A DNA stretch of 60,431 bases, the filler included. It is 7 parts of 7 records of this genome, joined end to end, with 100 filler letters (N's around TTAATTAATTAA, not from the genome) between each part and the next. Parts side by side here need not be neighbours in the genome. Positions count along the whole stretch, not along the records: positions 38,243 to 44,572 come from SRR31147125_29440; positions 44,673 to 54,985 come from SRR31147125_29478; 5 more parts are not named here. One strand, 5' to 3'. Under the pieces are notes generated by a model, which was given only the letters and a program-made list of their open reading frames with translations, did not search any database and had not been told where the DNA came from. Of this stretch, positions 38,143-47,329 are shown piece by piece. Each line of letters begins with the position of its first letter. Position 1 is the first letter of the stretch. The position numbers and the translations under genes were made by a program.

Positions 38143-38242
38143 NNNNNNNNNNNNNNNNNNNNNNNNNNNNNNNNNNNNNNNNNNNNTTAATTAATTAANN
38201 NNNNNNNNNNNNNNNNNNNNNNNNNNNNNNNNNNNNNNNNNN
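38143..38242. other. Artificial contig linker
   Basis: N44-TTAATTAATTAA-N44. Confidence 0.98.
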
Positions 38243-39454
38243 AAAAAGGTAATTAAAATAGGTATTTATTCAGGGAATGAATGGGGAGTACCTCAAATTG
38301 ATGTATATCGAATTTATGACGAAGCGATCAAACTTTTTGAAGAGGAAAACCCAGGAGTGGAAGTTGAATATCGAAGCGGTACTTTAATGGATGATTATTC
38401 AGAATGGCTAGCACAAAAGATTTTGAATGGCGAAGAACCCGATGTGTTTATTGTACTCGAAGAAGACTTTAATACACTATCTTCAATCGGTATGTTAGAG
38501 TCTTTAGATAAATATATTGAAGATGATATGTCCTTTCAAGCTGATGCTTTTTATAAAAAGGCAATTGAGGCAGGTATTTATGATGAACATCAATACTGTA
38601 TGCCTTTTCAAATCGTTCCGACATTTATGATTGTAAACGAAACACTGTTAAAAGAAAATGACCTGATGGTACCTAATATGGATTGGACATTAGAAATGTT
38701 TCTTACAATGTGCAGGCAATTGACTAAGGATACGAATAAAGATGGAATTAATGATCAGTTTGGCTCAACAGGATATGGATGGGATAATATATACTATGCG
38801 GCTGAAGGAACTTTTGTAGATGGTGAAAGAGCTGTTGATGTGTATGATGAAGAGAAACTTAAAAAAGCAATTGAGTTTTCTAAGGCGTTATATACATTAA
38901 ACAATGGACAGACAGTAACACCTTACGCATTTGATCAAGGGTTGGTGGGTTTTAAAACTTTTTCACTAGCTGAGTTTCGAGCTTATAAGCCATATCCATA
39001 CAAGGTGAAGAAATACTCGAATTTCACATGGGCGCCAATATCATTTCCGGGAGTTGATCATAATAAGAGTATCGGTAAACTATATACAGTACAGTGGGGA
39101 ATGAGTAGTAGGTCTAAAAACAAGGATCTTGCATGGGAATTTATCGAATTTATGAGTAATAATGATGAAGTACAACGCATGGTTTGGGATTATACTTATG
39201 CACTGCCAACAAAGCCTTTGGTAACCAATGAGGCTTTAGCTAATGATAAAGTGCTTAGCGATGTGTTAGCTCCGGCATTTTTGGAGTTGGTTATAGATCA
39301 ATCTGTTATTGAACCAACTTTTAAAAGACATAAAAAGCTTATTGAAGTTATGGATATAAGGATTAAGGTAAGCATTATGGAAGATAGATCTATTCAAGAT
39401 GTTATTCGCAGTGTTAGAGAAGAATCGGATAGTGTGCTTCAAAGTTTTTATTAA
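38243..39454 (+). CDS. Extracellular solute-binding protein (family 1), 5' truncated
   Basis: FEEENPGVEVEY, EPDVF, SKNKDLAWEFIEF. Confidence 0.85.
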   Translation, partial: KKVIKIGIYSGNEWGVPQIDVYRIYDEAIKLFEEENPGVEVEYRSGTLMDDYSEWLAQKILNGEEPDVFIVLEEDFNTLSSIGMLESLDKYIEDDMSFQADAFYKKAIEAGIYDEHQYCMPFQIVPTFMIVNETLLKENDLMVPNMDWTLEMFLTMCRQLTKDTNKDGINDQFGSTGYGWDNIYYAAEGTFVDGERAVDVYDEEKLKKAIEFSKALYTLNNGQTVTPYAFDQGLVGFKTFSLAEFRAYKPYPYKVKKYSNFTWAPISFPGVDHNKSIGKLYTVQWGMSSRSKNKDLAWEFIEFMSNNDEVQRMVWDYTYALPTKPLVTNEALANDKVLSDVLAPAFLELVIDQSVIEPTFKRHKKLIEVMDIRIKVSIMEDRSIQDVIRSVREESDSVLQSFY

Positions 39455-39599
39455 TAATATCTTTGCTTGTAATCTAGTTACTTGGAGGAGAAGATAGAAT
39501 AATAACTAACCTTTTTTGCGGATATAAAAAAACGCTAACCATTAATTGTAGTTTGCGTTTAATAGGGGCAGGCTTAGTCTACTAGAGGAAAAAGAATTT

Positions 39600-39626
39600 T
39601 AAACCCCAAACTATTTACGCCGATAT
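39600..39626 (+). promoter_or_regulatory. Sigma-28 (SigD/FliA) promoter
   Basis: TAAA-N15-GCCGATAT, exact consensus and spacing. Confidence 0.7.
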
Positions 39627-39713
39627 AAAAATATCGCAAATTACTAAATGTAATTCCCCTTTCGGGTATAAATGCGATATTGTGTCTAGCTTCAAGCTGG
39701 TGGAGGAAAAGAA

Positions 39714-40670
39714 ATGAAAAAAGCAATTGTGGTACTACTAATTTTAGTGATTTTTGCAGGTGCGTTTTCAGGATGTAGCTATAATCAAAAGAAAAGTAAT
39801 GCAATAGAAGTAAAAGATTCATATAAGTTTGGAGCTACTTATATGACTTTAAATAATCCTTTTTTTGTTTTGCTCAATAATGGTATTAAAGATGTAGTCG
39901 AAGCAAATGGAGATATTCTTATTGCGCTTGATCCTGCCCTTGATGCTGATAAACAGATAAGCCAAATAGAGGATTTTATTTCACAAGATGTTGATGCTAT
40001 TTTTCTAAACCCTGTAGACTGGAAAGGTATAAGTCCTGCACTTGAAAAAGCTCAAAAAGCAGGTATACCTATAATAAATGTGGATGCGCCTGTATATGAC
40101 ACAGAATTAGTCGATTCCATTATCTCATCAAATAATTATAGTGCTGGTATATTATGTGCTAATGATATGATAAGCAAATTGGACAGCGCAAAAATTGTAA
40201 TCTTAGAGCACCCAACAGCAAAATCATCTATTGATAGAACAAGGGGATTTATTGCAACTATCGAATTTATGGACAATTATGAAATCGTTGCGCAACAATC
40301 TTCTGAAGGACAATTGGAACAAGCAATGGCTGTTATGGAGGATATTATTAAAGAATACTCTGAAATTGATGTTGTTATGGCATTAAATGATCCAACTGCA
40401 ATGGGTGCGATAGCAGCGCTTCAAGAGGCTGGTTGCGAAGAAGGTGTTCTTATTTATGGAGTAGATGGTGCTCCAGAAGCTAAACAAATGATTAAAGAAG
40501 AGAAGATGACTGCTACAGCAGCACAATCACCGATTACTATTGGAATAACGGCGGCAAGGGTTGCTTATGACATATTAGCTGGCAAAGAAATAGAAAAAGA
40601 AATATTCGTAGATATAATATTTATAGATAGTAACAATGTTGATAGATATGGAACAACTGATTGGCAATAG
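39714..40670 (+). CDS. RbsB-like sugar-binding lipoprotein
   Basis: Lipobox FSGC; TLNNPFF, NVD, LNDPTAMGA, GVDG, AQSP. Confidence 0.9.
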   Translation: MKKAIVVLLILVIFAGAFSGCSYNQKKSNAIEVKDSYKFGATYMTLNNPFFVLLNNGIKDVVEANGDILIALDPALDADKQISQIEDFISQDVDAIFLNPVDWKGISPALEKAQKAGIPIINVDAPVYDTELVDSIISSNNYSAGILCANDMISKLDSAKIVILEHPTAKSSIDRTRGFIATIEFMDNYEIVAQQSSEGQLEQAMAVMEDIIKEYSEIDVVMALNDPTAMGAIAALQEAGCEEGVLIYGVDGAPEAKQMIKEEKMTATAAQSPITIGITAARVAYDILAGKEIEKEIFVDIIFIDSNNVDRYGTTDWQ

Positions 40671-40709
40671 TTTTTATTTATTAATAAGAGAATACTATTA
40701 TAAGGGGAT

Positions 40710-41402
40710 GTGAAAATGAAAAGAAGTGAAATAAATAATGCGATAAAATGGGCTAAAGAATTGCTTGAAAAATACTGTATTACATTACCGAAGTTTGCTT
40801 ATTGGGATATAAGTGATTGGAAAGATAATGAAAGCGACTTAGATATGATGAGAAAAATCATGCTTGGTTGGGATATAACCGATTATGGAATGGATGACTT
40901 TAAAAACTTAGGTGGAGTTTTGTTTACGGTTAGAAATGGTGACCAAAAGGATTCTAGTATTGGTGTACCATATGCGGAAAAATATATTTTATTAGAAGAA
41001 GGACAAGCTCTTCCAACACATTTTCACTATTCAAAAACAGAGGATATTATTAACAGAGCTGGTGGAGTTTTGGCGCTTAAATTATATAACGCTAAGGAAA
41101 ACTATGATATCGATTATGATTCGGATGTTGTAGTTTATAAAGATGGTATTAAACATGTCGTTAAAGCAGGAGAAACTGTTACAGTCGAAAATGGTGGAAG
41201 TATATCATTAACTCCGTTTATGTATCATAACTTTTGGGCACTTGAGGGTCATGGCGATTTGGTGGTAGGTGAAGTCTCTGCTGTTAACGATGATAATGTA
41301 GATAATCATTTCAACCCAGAAATGCCAAGGTTTGGTGAGATTGAAGAAGATGAAATGGCAGATGTACCGCTTTGTAACGAGTATGAAAAACTATTTAAAT
41401 AG
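40710..41402 (+). CDS. D-lyxose/D-mannose-family sugar isomerase (cupin)
   Basis: MKRSEIN, GWDITD, YAEK, HFH..KTEDIINR, GEVSAVNDD. Confidence 0.88.
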   Translation: MKMKRSEINNAIKWAKELLEKYCITLPKFAYWDISDWKDNESDLDMMRKIMLGWDITDYGMDDFKNLGGVLFTVRNGDQKDSSIGVPYAEKYILLEEGQALPTHFHYSKTEDIINRAGGVLALKLYNAKENYDIDYDSDVVVYKDGIKHVVKAGETVTVENGGSISLTPFMYHNFWALEGHGDLVVGEVSAVNDDNVDNHFNPEMPRFGEIEEDEMADVPLCNEYEKLFK

Positions 41403-41413
41403 AGGAAATTAAA

Positions 41414-42376
41414 ATGAGTAAATTTTTCAGCATAGGTGAAGCGCTTATTGATATGATTCCGAGTAAGTCGGGTGTAGATTTAAAGGACGTACCTAGTTTT
41501 ACAAGAACAGCAGGTGGCGCACCTGCAAATGTATGTGCATGTGTTGCAAAACAAGGTGTTAAAGCTAGTTTTATTGGCAAACTTGGTCATGATGCGTTTG
41601 GTGATTTTCTAGTTGATACAATTAGTGAAGTTGGAATAAATACTGATTATATTTTTAGAACAGATAAAGCGAATACAACGCTTGCATTTGTGTCGCTAAA
41701 AGCGGATGGAGATAGGGATTTTTCGTTCTATAGAAAGCCAGGAGCTGATATGCTTTTGGAGAGTTGTGAGATTGAAGAAGATTGGTTTGGAAACGGAGAT
41801 TTCTTGCATTTTGGCAGTGTGGATTTGGTTGAAGCTCCTGTAAAGTATGCGCATAAAAAGGCGATTAGTGCAGTAAAAAAAAATGGCGGCATAGTTGTAT
41901 TTGATCCGAATTTAAGATTCCCTTTGTGGGAGAATCTAGATGCACTAAAATCGACTGTTTTGGAGTTTGCTGATTATGCTGATATTATTAAAATAAGCGA
42001 CAATGAGCTTGAGTTTATTTGTGACACAAATGATGCTAAAAAAGCATCAAAAATAATGTTCGATAAAGGCGTTAAGTTGTTTATTTATACTATGGGTAGT
42101 GAAGGCTCAAGAATTATTACAAAGGATATTGATGTGTTTGTTCCTGCATTTAAGGTTGTAGCTATTGATGCTACTGGTTCGGGGGACGCATTTATTGGTT
42201 CTTTTATTTCGCAAATAATAAAAAATAAAGTGAATATATCAAACATATCAAAGGAAATGGCAAAAGATATCTTAGAATATGCAAATGCATGTGGAGCGAT
42301 TGTTGCTGCAAAGCATGGAGCGATATCGGCAATGCCAAATCATGTTGAAGTCAAAGAGTTTTTGACAAAGTATTAG
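41414..42376 (+). CDS. PfkB fructokinase-like carbohydrate kinase
   Basis: GEALID, GGAPANV, FDPNLR, DATGSGDAF. Confidence 0.9.
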   Translation: MSKFFSIGEALIDMIPSKSGVDLKDVPSFTRTAGGAPANVCACVAKQGVKASFIGKLGHDAFGDFLVDTISEVGINTDYIFRTDKANTTLAFVSLKADGDRDFSFYRKPGADMLLESCEIEEDWFGNGDFLHFGSVDLVEAPVKYAHKKAISAVKKNGGIVVFDPNLRFPLWENLDALKSTVLEFADYADIIKISDNELEFICDTNDAKKASKIMFDKGVKLFIYTMGSEGSRIITKDIDVFVPAFKVVAIDATGSGDAFIGSFISQIIKNKVNISNISKEMAKDILEYANACGAIVAAKHGAISAMPNHVEVKEFLTKY

Positions 42377-42562
42377 CACAATAAAAAATTAGATTTGCTA
42401 ATTTGTATTTCTAAAAGTGTGGTTAAAATTGTCTTATTTACCGTTGTGTAAAACTATAAGACATGTTTTTTGATTTGGACTTCAATTTTGTTGTGCAAGG
42501 AAATAACAATGATAATTAATGTGTAATGTTGGAAATTGGCTCTAGGGAATAGGAGAGAAGAA

Positions 42563-44440
42563 ATGAAAAATACAAAATTATCTACAAAACTTTATTTGAA
42601 TTTTATGCTGATGTTAGTTTTATTTATGGTGGTAATTATTATTCAAATATTTTTAATAAACACAATATCAGCAAGTAAACAGCGTTTGAGTAATGCAAAT
42701 AGTATTAAAGAATGTACCGAGGCAACCTTACATTGGATATTGGACTATTATGATTCTAATTCTGATGAAGCATCCGACAAAGTAGAAGAGAGTTATAAAC
42801 AAACAAAATTAGAAATGGAAAAAGCTTTTACTTCATATAAAAATAAATCTGAGCAAGATTCATTAAAGTTGATGATGTTAAATCTTGATTCGTACTATGA
42901 TGATTTTATAATTTATAAGGACTATGTTGAAAAAAATGACTCTTATTATAAGAATATGGAAGACAGTAGTAATAAAGTCAAAAAGCAAATAAATGATATT
43001 ATGTTTGATCAGCAGACTAACTATTATCAATACCTGACAAGCACCAGATTACAGTGTTACTTGGGAGACGTTGATATACTGGAGATAATAGAGCAAGTTG
43101 AAAACAGATATAGTGAAGTTTTAATATCTAGCAGAGCTGTAAATAATTACTTAGATGTGATTATATATGAAGTCAAATATTTTCATAAAGAAGATGAAGA
43201 GTATGATGAAAATGTTTATACGTATATAGAGAAAATGGAATTTCAATTAAATCAACTTTATGAGGAACTTGATAAAGAGGCTGATAGAGCAAAGATAGAT
43301 AGTATAAGAAATGATGTACAAGAATTTTTAAATTATTATGAATTATATAAAGAACTATTAGAAGCTCAGCAAAATCAGAAAATGAAATTAACAGAAGCGT
43401 CAACCGAAATAATAACAGCAACTGAAAACTTGGCTTTAGCCGAAGAAGCGAAAATGAACGGTAACATGAATGGTGCTAGGAATTCTGCGATTATATTAGG
43501 TTTAATCAGTATAATTTTTGGCGTTATACTGGCGTATATACTTTCTCATAAGTTAGTTAATCAAATCGCGAAAAATATGGGTGTGTTATCAAACTCTGCA
43601 CACCAAGTATACGGCGCATCTAATAAGCTCGTTAGTGTAGCAAGGAATCTTTCGGAAGGTTCAAATGAACAAGCTTCATCGATTGAAGAAACTTCGGCAA
43701 CAATGGAAGAAACATCTTCTATGGCTAATCAAAATGTAGAAAATACGAAAGTTGCGAATGCTTTATCAACGGAAGCAAATGATGCTGCGATTAAAGGTTT
43801 TGAAAAGATGAAAAGTATGACAAAATCCATGCATGGACTACACAACTCAAGTGCCGAGATTTCAAAAATAATAAAGGTTATTGACGATATAGCTTTCCAA
43901 ACCAATATGTTAGCCTTGAATGCTGCTGTTGAAGCGGCAAGAGCAGGGGATGCTGGACTTGGATTTGCAGTTGTGGCTAGTGAGGTTAGAAGTCTTGCTC
44001 AAAAGAGTTCTATGGCAGCAATGGATACATCTGAAATTATCGATAAAAATATAGAGTATTCAAAACAGGGCGTACTAATAAGTGATGAGGTCGGTTTAGT
44101 GTTAGAAGAAATTATGACTAAAACGAAAAGTGTTAACCAGATTATCGGCGATATTACAAAAGCAAGTGAAGAGCAGGCAAGTGGAGCAACCCAAGTTAAT
44201 GATGCGATAGCACATATTGAAAAAGTAGTACAAGAAAATGCAGCAACGGCCGGAGAAAGTGCAGTATCAGCAAAAGAATTGCAAAATCTATCAGGAACTT
44301 TATCAAGTGTTGTAAGCGATTTTGAAGGTCTTATTAATGGTGCTGGAAAAAGCGAGAAAAGAGGCAAATGGAATATATTATCGCAAATTAAAAATTTATT
44401 AAATAGTACAAATAAAATCAAGCGAATTTTTAGACGATGA
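42563..44440 (+). CDS. Methyl-accepting chemotaxis protein
   Basis: ATG at 42563 after AGGAG; two TMs; IAFQTNMLALNAAVEAARAG. Confidence 0.95.
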   Translation: MKNTKLSTKLYLNFMLMLVLFMVVIIIQIFLINTISASKQRLSNANSIKECTEATLHWILDYYDSNSDEASDKVEESYKQTKLEMEKAFTSYKNKSEQDSLKLMMLNLDSYYDDFIIYKDYVEKNDSYYKNMEDSSNKVKKQINDIMFDQQTNYYQYLTSTRLQCYLGDVDILEIIEQVENRYSEVLISSRAVNNYLDVIIYEVKYFHKEDEEYDENVYTYIEKMEFQLNQLYEELDKEADRAKIDSIRNDVQEFLNYYELYKELLEAQQNQKMKLTEASTEIITATENLALAEEAKMNGNMNGARNSAIILGLISIIFGVILAYILSHKLVNQIAKNMGVLSNSAHQVYGASNKLVSVARNLSEGSNEQASSIEETSATMEETSSMANQNVENTKVANALSTEANDAAIKGFEKMKSMTKSMHGLHNSSAEISKIIKVIDDIAFQTNMLALNAAVEAARAGDAGLGFAVVASEVRSLAQKSSMAAMDTSEIIDKNIEYSKQGVLISDEVGLVLEEIMTKTKSVNQIIGDITKASEEQASGATQVNDAIAHIEKVVQENAATAGESAVSAKELQNLSGTLSSVVSDFEGLINGAGKSEKRGKWNILSQIKNLLNSTNKIKRIFRR

Positions 44441-44491
44441 TATAATATACTTGGAAGATATAGATGATTTTTAAGCTCATGTTGCAATATT

Positions 44492-44519
44492 GTCCTCTTA
44501 CTTGATGTGGTGAGAGGAC
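44492..44519 (+). terminator. Hairpin downstream of the MCP gene
   Basis: GTCCTCTTAC...GTGAGAGGAC. Confidence 0.55.
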
Positions 44520-44572
44520 TTCAATTTGTTAGATTAATATTTTGATATTAATTTGATATTAAAAAATCCAAA

Positions 44573-44672
44573 NNNNNNNNNNNNNNNNNNNNNNNNNNNN
44601 NNNNNNNNNNNNNNNNTTAATTAATTAANNNNNNNNNNNNNNNNNNNNNNNNNNNNNNNNNNNNNNNNNNNN
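44573..44672. other. Artificial contig linker
   Basis: N44-TTAATTAATTAA-N44. Confidence 0.98.
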
Positions 44673-44910
44673 AACTTTTTTAATATATTGTTGGATTCAA
44701 AGTTCTAATTCCATTGTAATTATATTTATATTCAATTTCTAATGTTGATTGATCATTTATATCGATTAGTCTCCTACATTCATATGTATTATAACAGCAA
44801 AATCATCGCAATCCACAAAATAACATCACATTTACTCAACATTAAAAAAAGAACATAAACTCTTTACAACAAAGAACATATCAAAAAGAATCCAATGACA
44901 CTATCATTAA

Positions 44911-45291
44911 CGAAATAATACTTATTTTATTAAGTTCAATAAATTGATCACTATATTAAAAAATACTTATCATGAAGGAATGTTTAATAAGCGTTTAAGG
45001 TTACTCTTTAAATATAACTTACTTATTATTGATGAAATGGGATTTAATGAGATTTCACTACTTGAAGCTAAGTTATTCTTTTAACTTATTGATTTAAGGT
45101 ATACAAAAAGATCTACCATATTCACAAATAATATGACCTTTGATAAATGTTCACAAATAATAGGCAATGATGAAATGATTACCAAAGCCATACTTGATTG
45201 AATCTTACACTACTCATATTTGTTTAATATCACTGGTCCGTCTTATAGAATTAAAGATAAACTTAAATTGAATAAAACTGAGGACGTTTAA
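44911..45291 (+). pseudogene. istB: IS21-family helper ATPase remnant
   Basis: Manual translation LLIIDEMG...FF*LIDLRY...STIFTNN...AILD*ILH...ITGPSYR; stops at 45082 and 45199; Walker A region missing. Confidence 0.85.
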
Positions 45292-45372
45292 TTACATAAA
45301 ATCAGGGATTCTTAACTTGTCATTTAAAAGAATGTAAAAAACTATGATTTTTTATATTACTTGTTATAATAT

Positions 45373-46425
45373 ATGTGGGTGATAAACATGTTACAAAGAG
45401 AAACAACAAAACAATTTATGATAGGTAATCTACCATTTGGTGGAAATAATAAAGTATATATTCAAAGTATGACCAATACGTATACAAAAGATGTCGAAGC
45501 CACTGTGAAACAAATTGAAACTCTCACTAAAGCTGGTTGCGAAATCGTGCGTGTTGCTGTACTTGATATGGAAGATGCAACTTCTTTAGGAAATATCATA
45601 TCAAGGATATCTATTCCTTTAGTTGCAGATATTCATTTTAATTATGAACTTGCTCTAGAAGCTATCCGTCAAGGTGTGGATAAAATTAGATTAAATCCTG
45701 GAAATCTTCCAAAACGTGAGCAAGTCGAAGCAGTTGTTGCTGCTTGCAAGGAAAAACATATTCCAATTCGTATTGGTGTGAATAGTGGATCGCTTCCAGG
45801 TAGAGCTGAACCGACACCAGAACTTATGGTTGAAACAGCTAAAGGTCATGTTGAAATTTTAGAATCAATGGATTTTTATGATATCGCATTATCATTAAAA
45901 GCAACCGATATGAACTTAATGATTGAAACATATCGTTTAGCTGCAAAAACTTTCCCATATCCTCTTCATTTAGGTGTCACTGAAGCTGGAACAGCATTTA
46001 GTGGTGCCATTAAATCAGCGATGGGTATTGGTATTTTGTTACATGAAGGTATTGGTAATACGATTAGAGTATCTTTAACTGATGATCCACGAATTGAAAT
46101 ACAAGCTGCAAAAGAAATATTAAAAAATTTAGAATTAAAAGATAAAGTTCCTAATTTAATTAGTTGTCCGACATGCGGACGTATTCAATATGATATGATT
46201 GATATTGCAAAACGTATTGAAAACTATTTATTACAAGTTAATAAAACAATTAATGTAGCCATTATGGGTTGCGCAGTCAATGGTCCAGGAGAAGCAAAAC
46301 ATGCTGATATTGGTGTTGCTGGAGGTAAAGGCGAAGCACTACTCTTTAGAAAAGGTAAAGTCATTAAAAAGATTAAAGAGTCAGAAGTTTATGACGCCCT
46401 CATCCAAGAAATAGATAATTTTTAA
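45373..46425 (+). CDS. ispG: HMBPP synthase (MEP pathway)
   Basis: IQSMTNT, VADIHF, RLNPGN, RIGVNSGS, HLGVTEAG, CPTCGR, MGCAVNGPGE. Confidence 0.97.
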   Translation: MWVINMLQRETTKQFMIGNLPFGGNNKVYIQSMTNTYTKDVEATVKQIETLTKAGCEIVRVAVLDMEDATSLGNIISRISIPLVADIHFNYELALEAIRQGVDKIRLNPGNLPKREQVEAVVAACKEKHIPIRIGVNSGSLPGRAEPTPELMVETAKGHVEILESMDFYDIALSLKATDMNLMIETYRLAAKTFPYPLHLGVTEAGTAFSGAIKSAMGIGILLHEGIGNTIRVSLTDDPRIEIQAAKEILKNLELKDKVPNLISCPTCGRIQYDMIDIAKRIENYLLQVNKTINVAIMGCAVNGPGEAKHADIGVAGGKGEALLFRKGKVIKKIKESEVYDALIQEIDNF

Positions 46426-46450
46426 ATTGACAATAAAACTAAAACAGTAA

Positions 46451-46483
46451 AAAAGTCTATGTGACAAATTCACATAGACTTTT
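46451..46483. terminator. Bidirectional terminator
   Basis: AAAAGTCTATGTGA-CAAAT-TCACATAGACTTTT between convergent genes. Confidence 0.85.
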
Positions 46484-46486
46484 GTT

Positions 46487-46999
46487 TTATTCTTTTTCTG
46501 AGACTTCAACACCAACTTCAATACTGCTTGCCCATTCAAAGAATTGATCTTTATTATCATCAAACTCTTCTTCTAAACATCCAAAATTCATGGTATAAAA
46601 ATTACTATCATCTTCCATCGCAATCATCATATACCCAAAATTCATGTCTTCAACACTATTATGATAATATGCATAATAATATAAGATGTTGTCGTCTTCA
46701 TCTCGTTTAACTTCCGGTGTCACGCTACCTTTACCATTTACACTTAATACAGTTTCAATATAATCATCTAAAGTATAGACATTAACTGTCGCTAGTGATA
46801 CCTTAGACTCTCTCATACCCGTAAAAATATACTTTGTAGATTCTAAATAGAACGGTGCTTGTATAACATCTTTTTCTATAAATGAATCGTCTAATGTGAC
46901 AGAAATACCAACACCTGTAAATGTTTTCTCACTTGGTCCACAACCCACTAAAAATAAACTAAATAACATCAAATTTAACACTAAAAATATTCTTTTCAT
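46487..46999 (-). CDS. Hypothetical lipoprotein
   Basis: ATG at 46999; lipobox LVGC. Confidence 0.75.
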   Translation of the reverse strand: MKRIFLVLNLMLFSLFLVGCGPSEKTFTGVGISVTLDDSFIEKDVIQAPFYLESTKYIFTGMRESKVSLATVNVYTLDDYIETVLSVNGKGSVTPEVKRDEDDNILYYYAYYHNSVEDMNFGYMMIAMEDDSNFYTMNFGCLEEEFDDNKDQFFEWASSIEVGVEVSEKE

Positions 47000-47062
47000 T
47001 TCCCAACCCTCTTTTGTTTTATGATATACAATAATTATATCATAATAAACAGTCATTTGTGT

Positions 47063-47329
47063 TTAATGTTTATAATATTTATTTAGAAGCTTTATAATCT
47101 CTTCAATTTTTTCTTGACCATTGTTTTCTTCAAATGATGTTTTAACACATGTGTGCATATGATCTTCTAAAATAAGCATATGTGCTTTTTTTAATAATGC
47201 CGTTGATGCATCAATTTGATGCATCACATCGACACAATATCTATCTTCTTCTGCCATACGAATTGCTGCACTTATTTGTCCTTGTGCTGTTTTCAATAAA
47301 TTAATGGCTTTACTTCGATCATGCGCCAT
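47063..47329 (-). CDS. csoR: CsoR-family copper-sensing repressor
   Basis: GQI, YCVDV, HMHTCV. Confidence 0.88.
   Translation of the reverse strand: MAHDRSKAINLLKTAQGQISAAIRMAEEDRYCVDVMHQIDASTALLKKAHMLILEDHMHTCVKTSFEENNGQEKIEEIIKLLNKYYKH

Noticed and set aside
45082..45201. Stop-codon reassignment in the mollicute-like contig
   Set aside because: The istB relic has both TAA and TGA; intact genes here use TGG for Trp and TGA as stop (copA, copZ).
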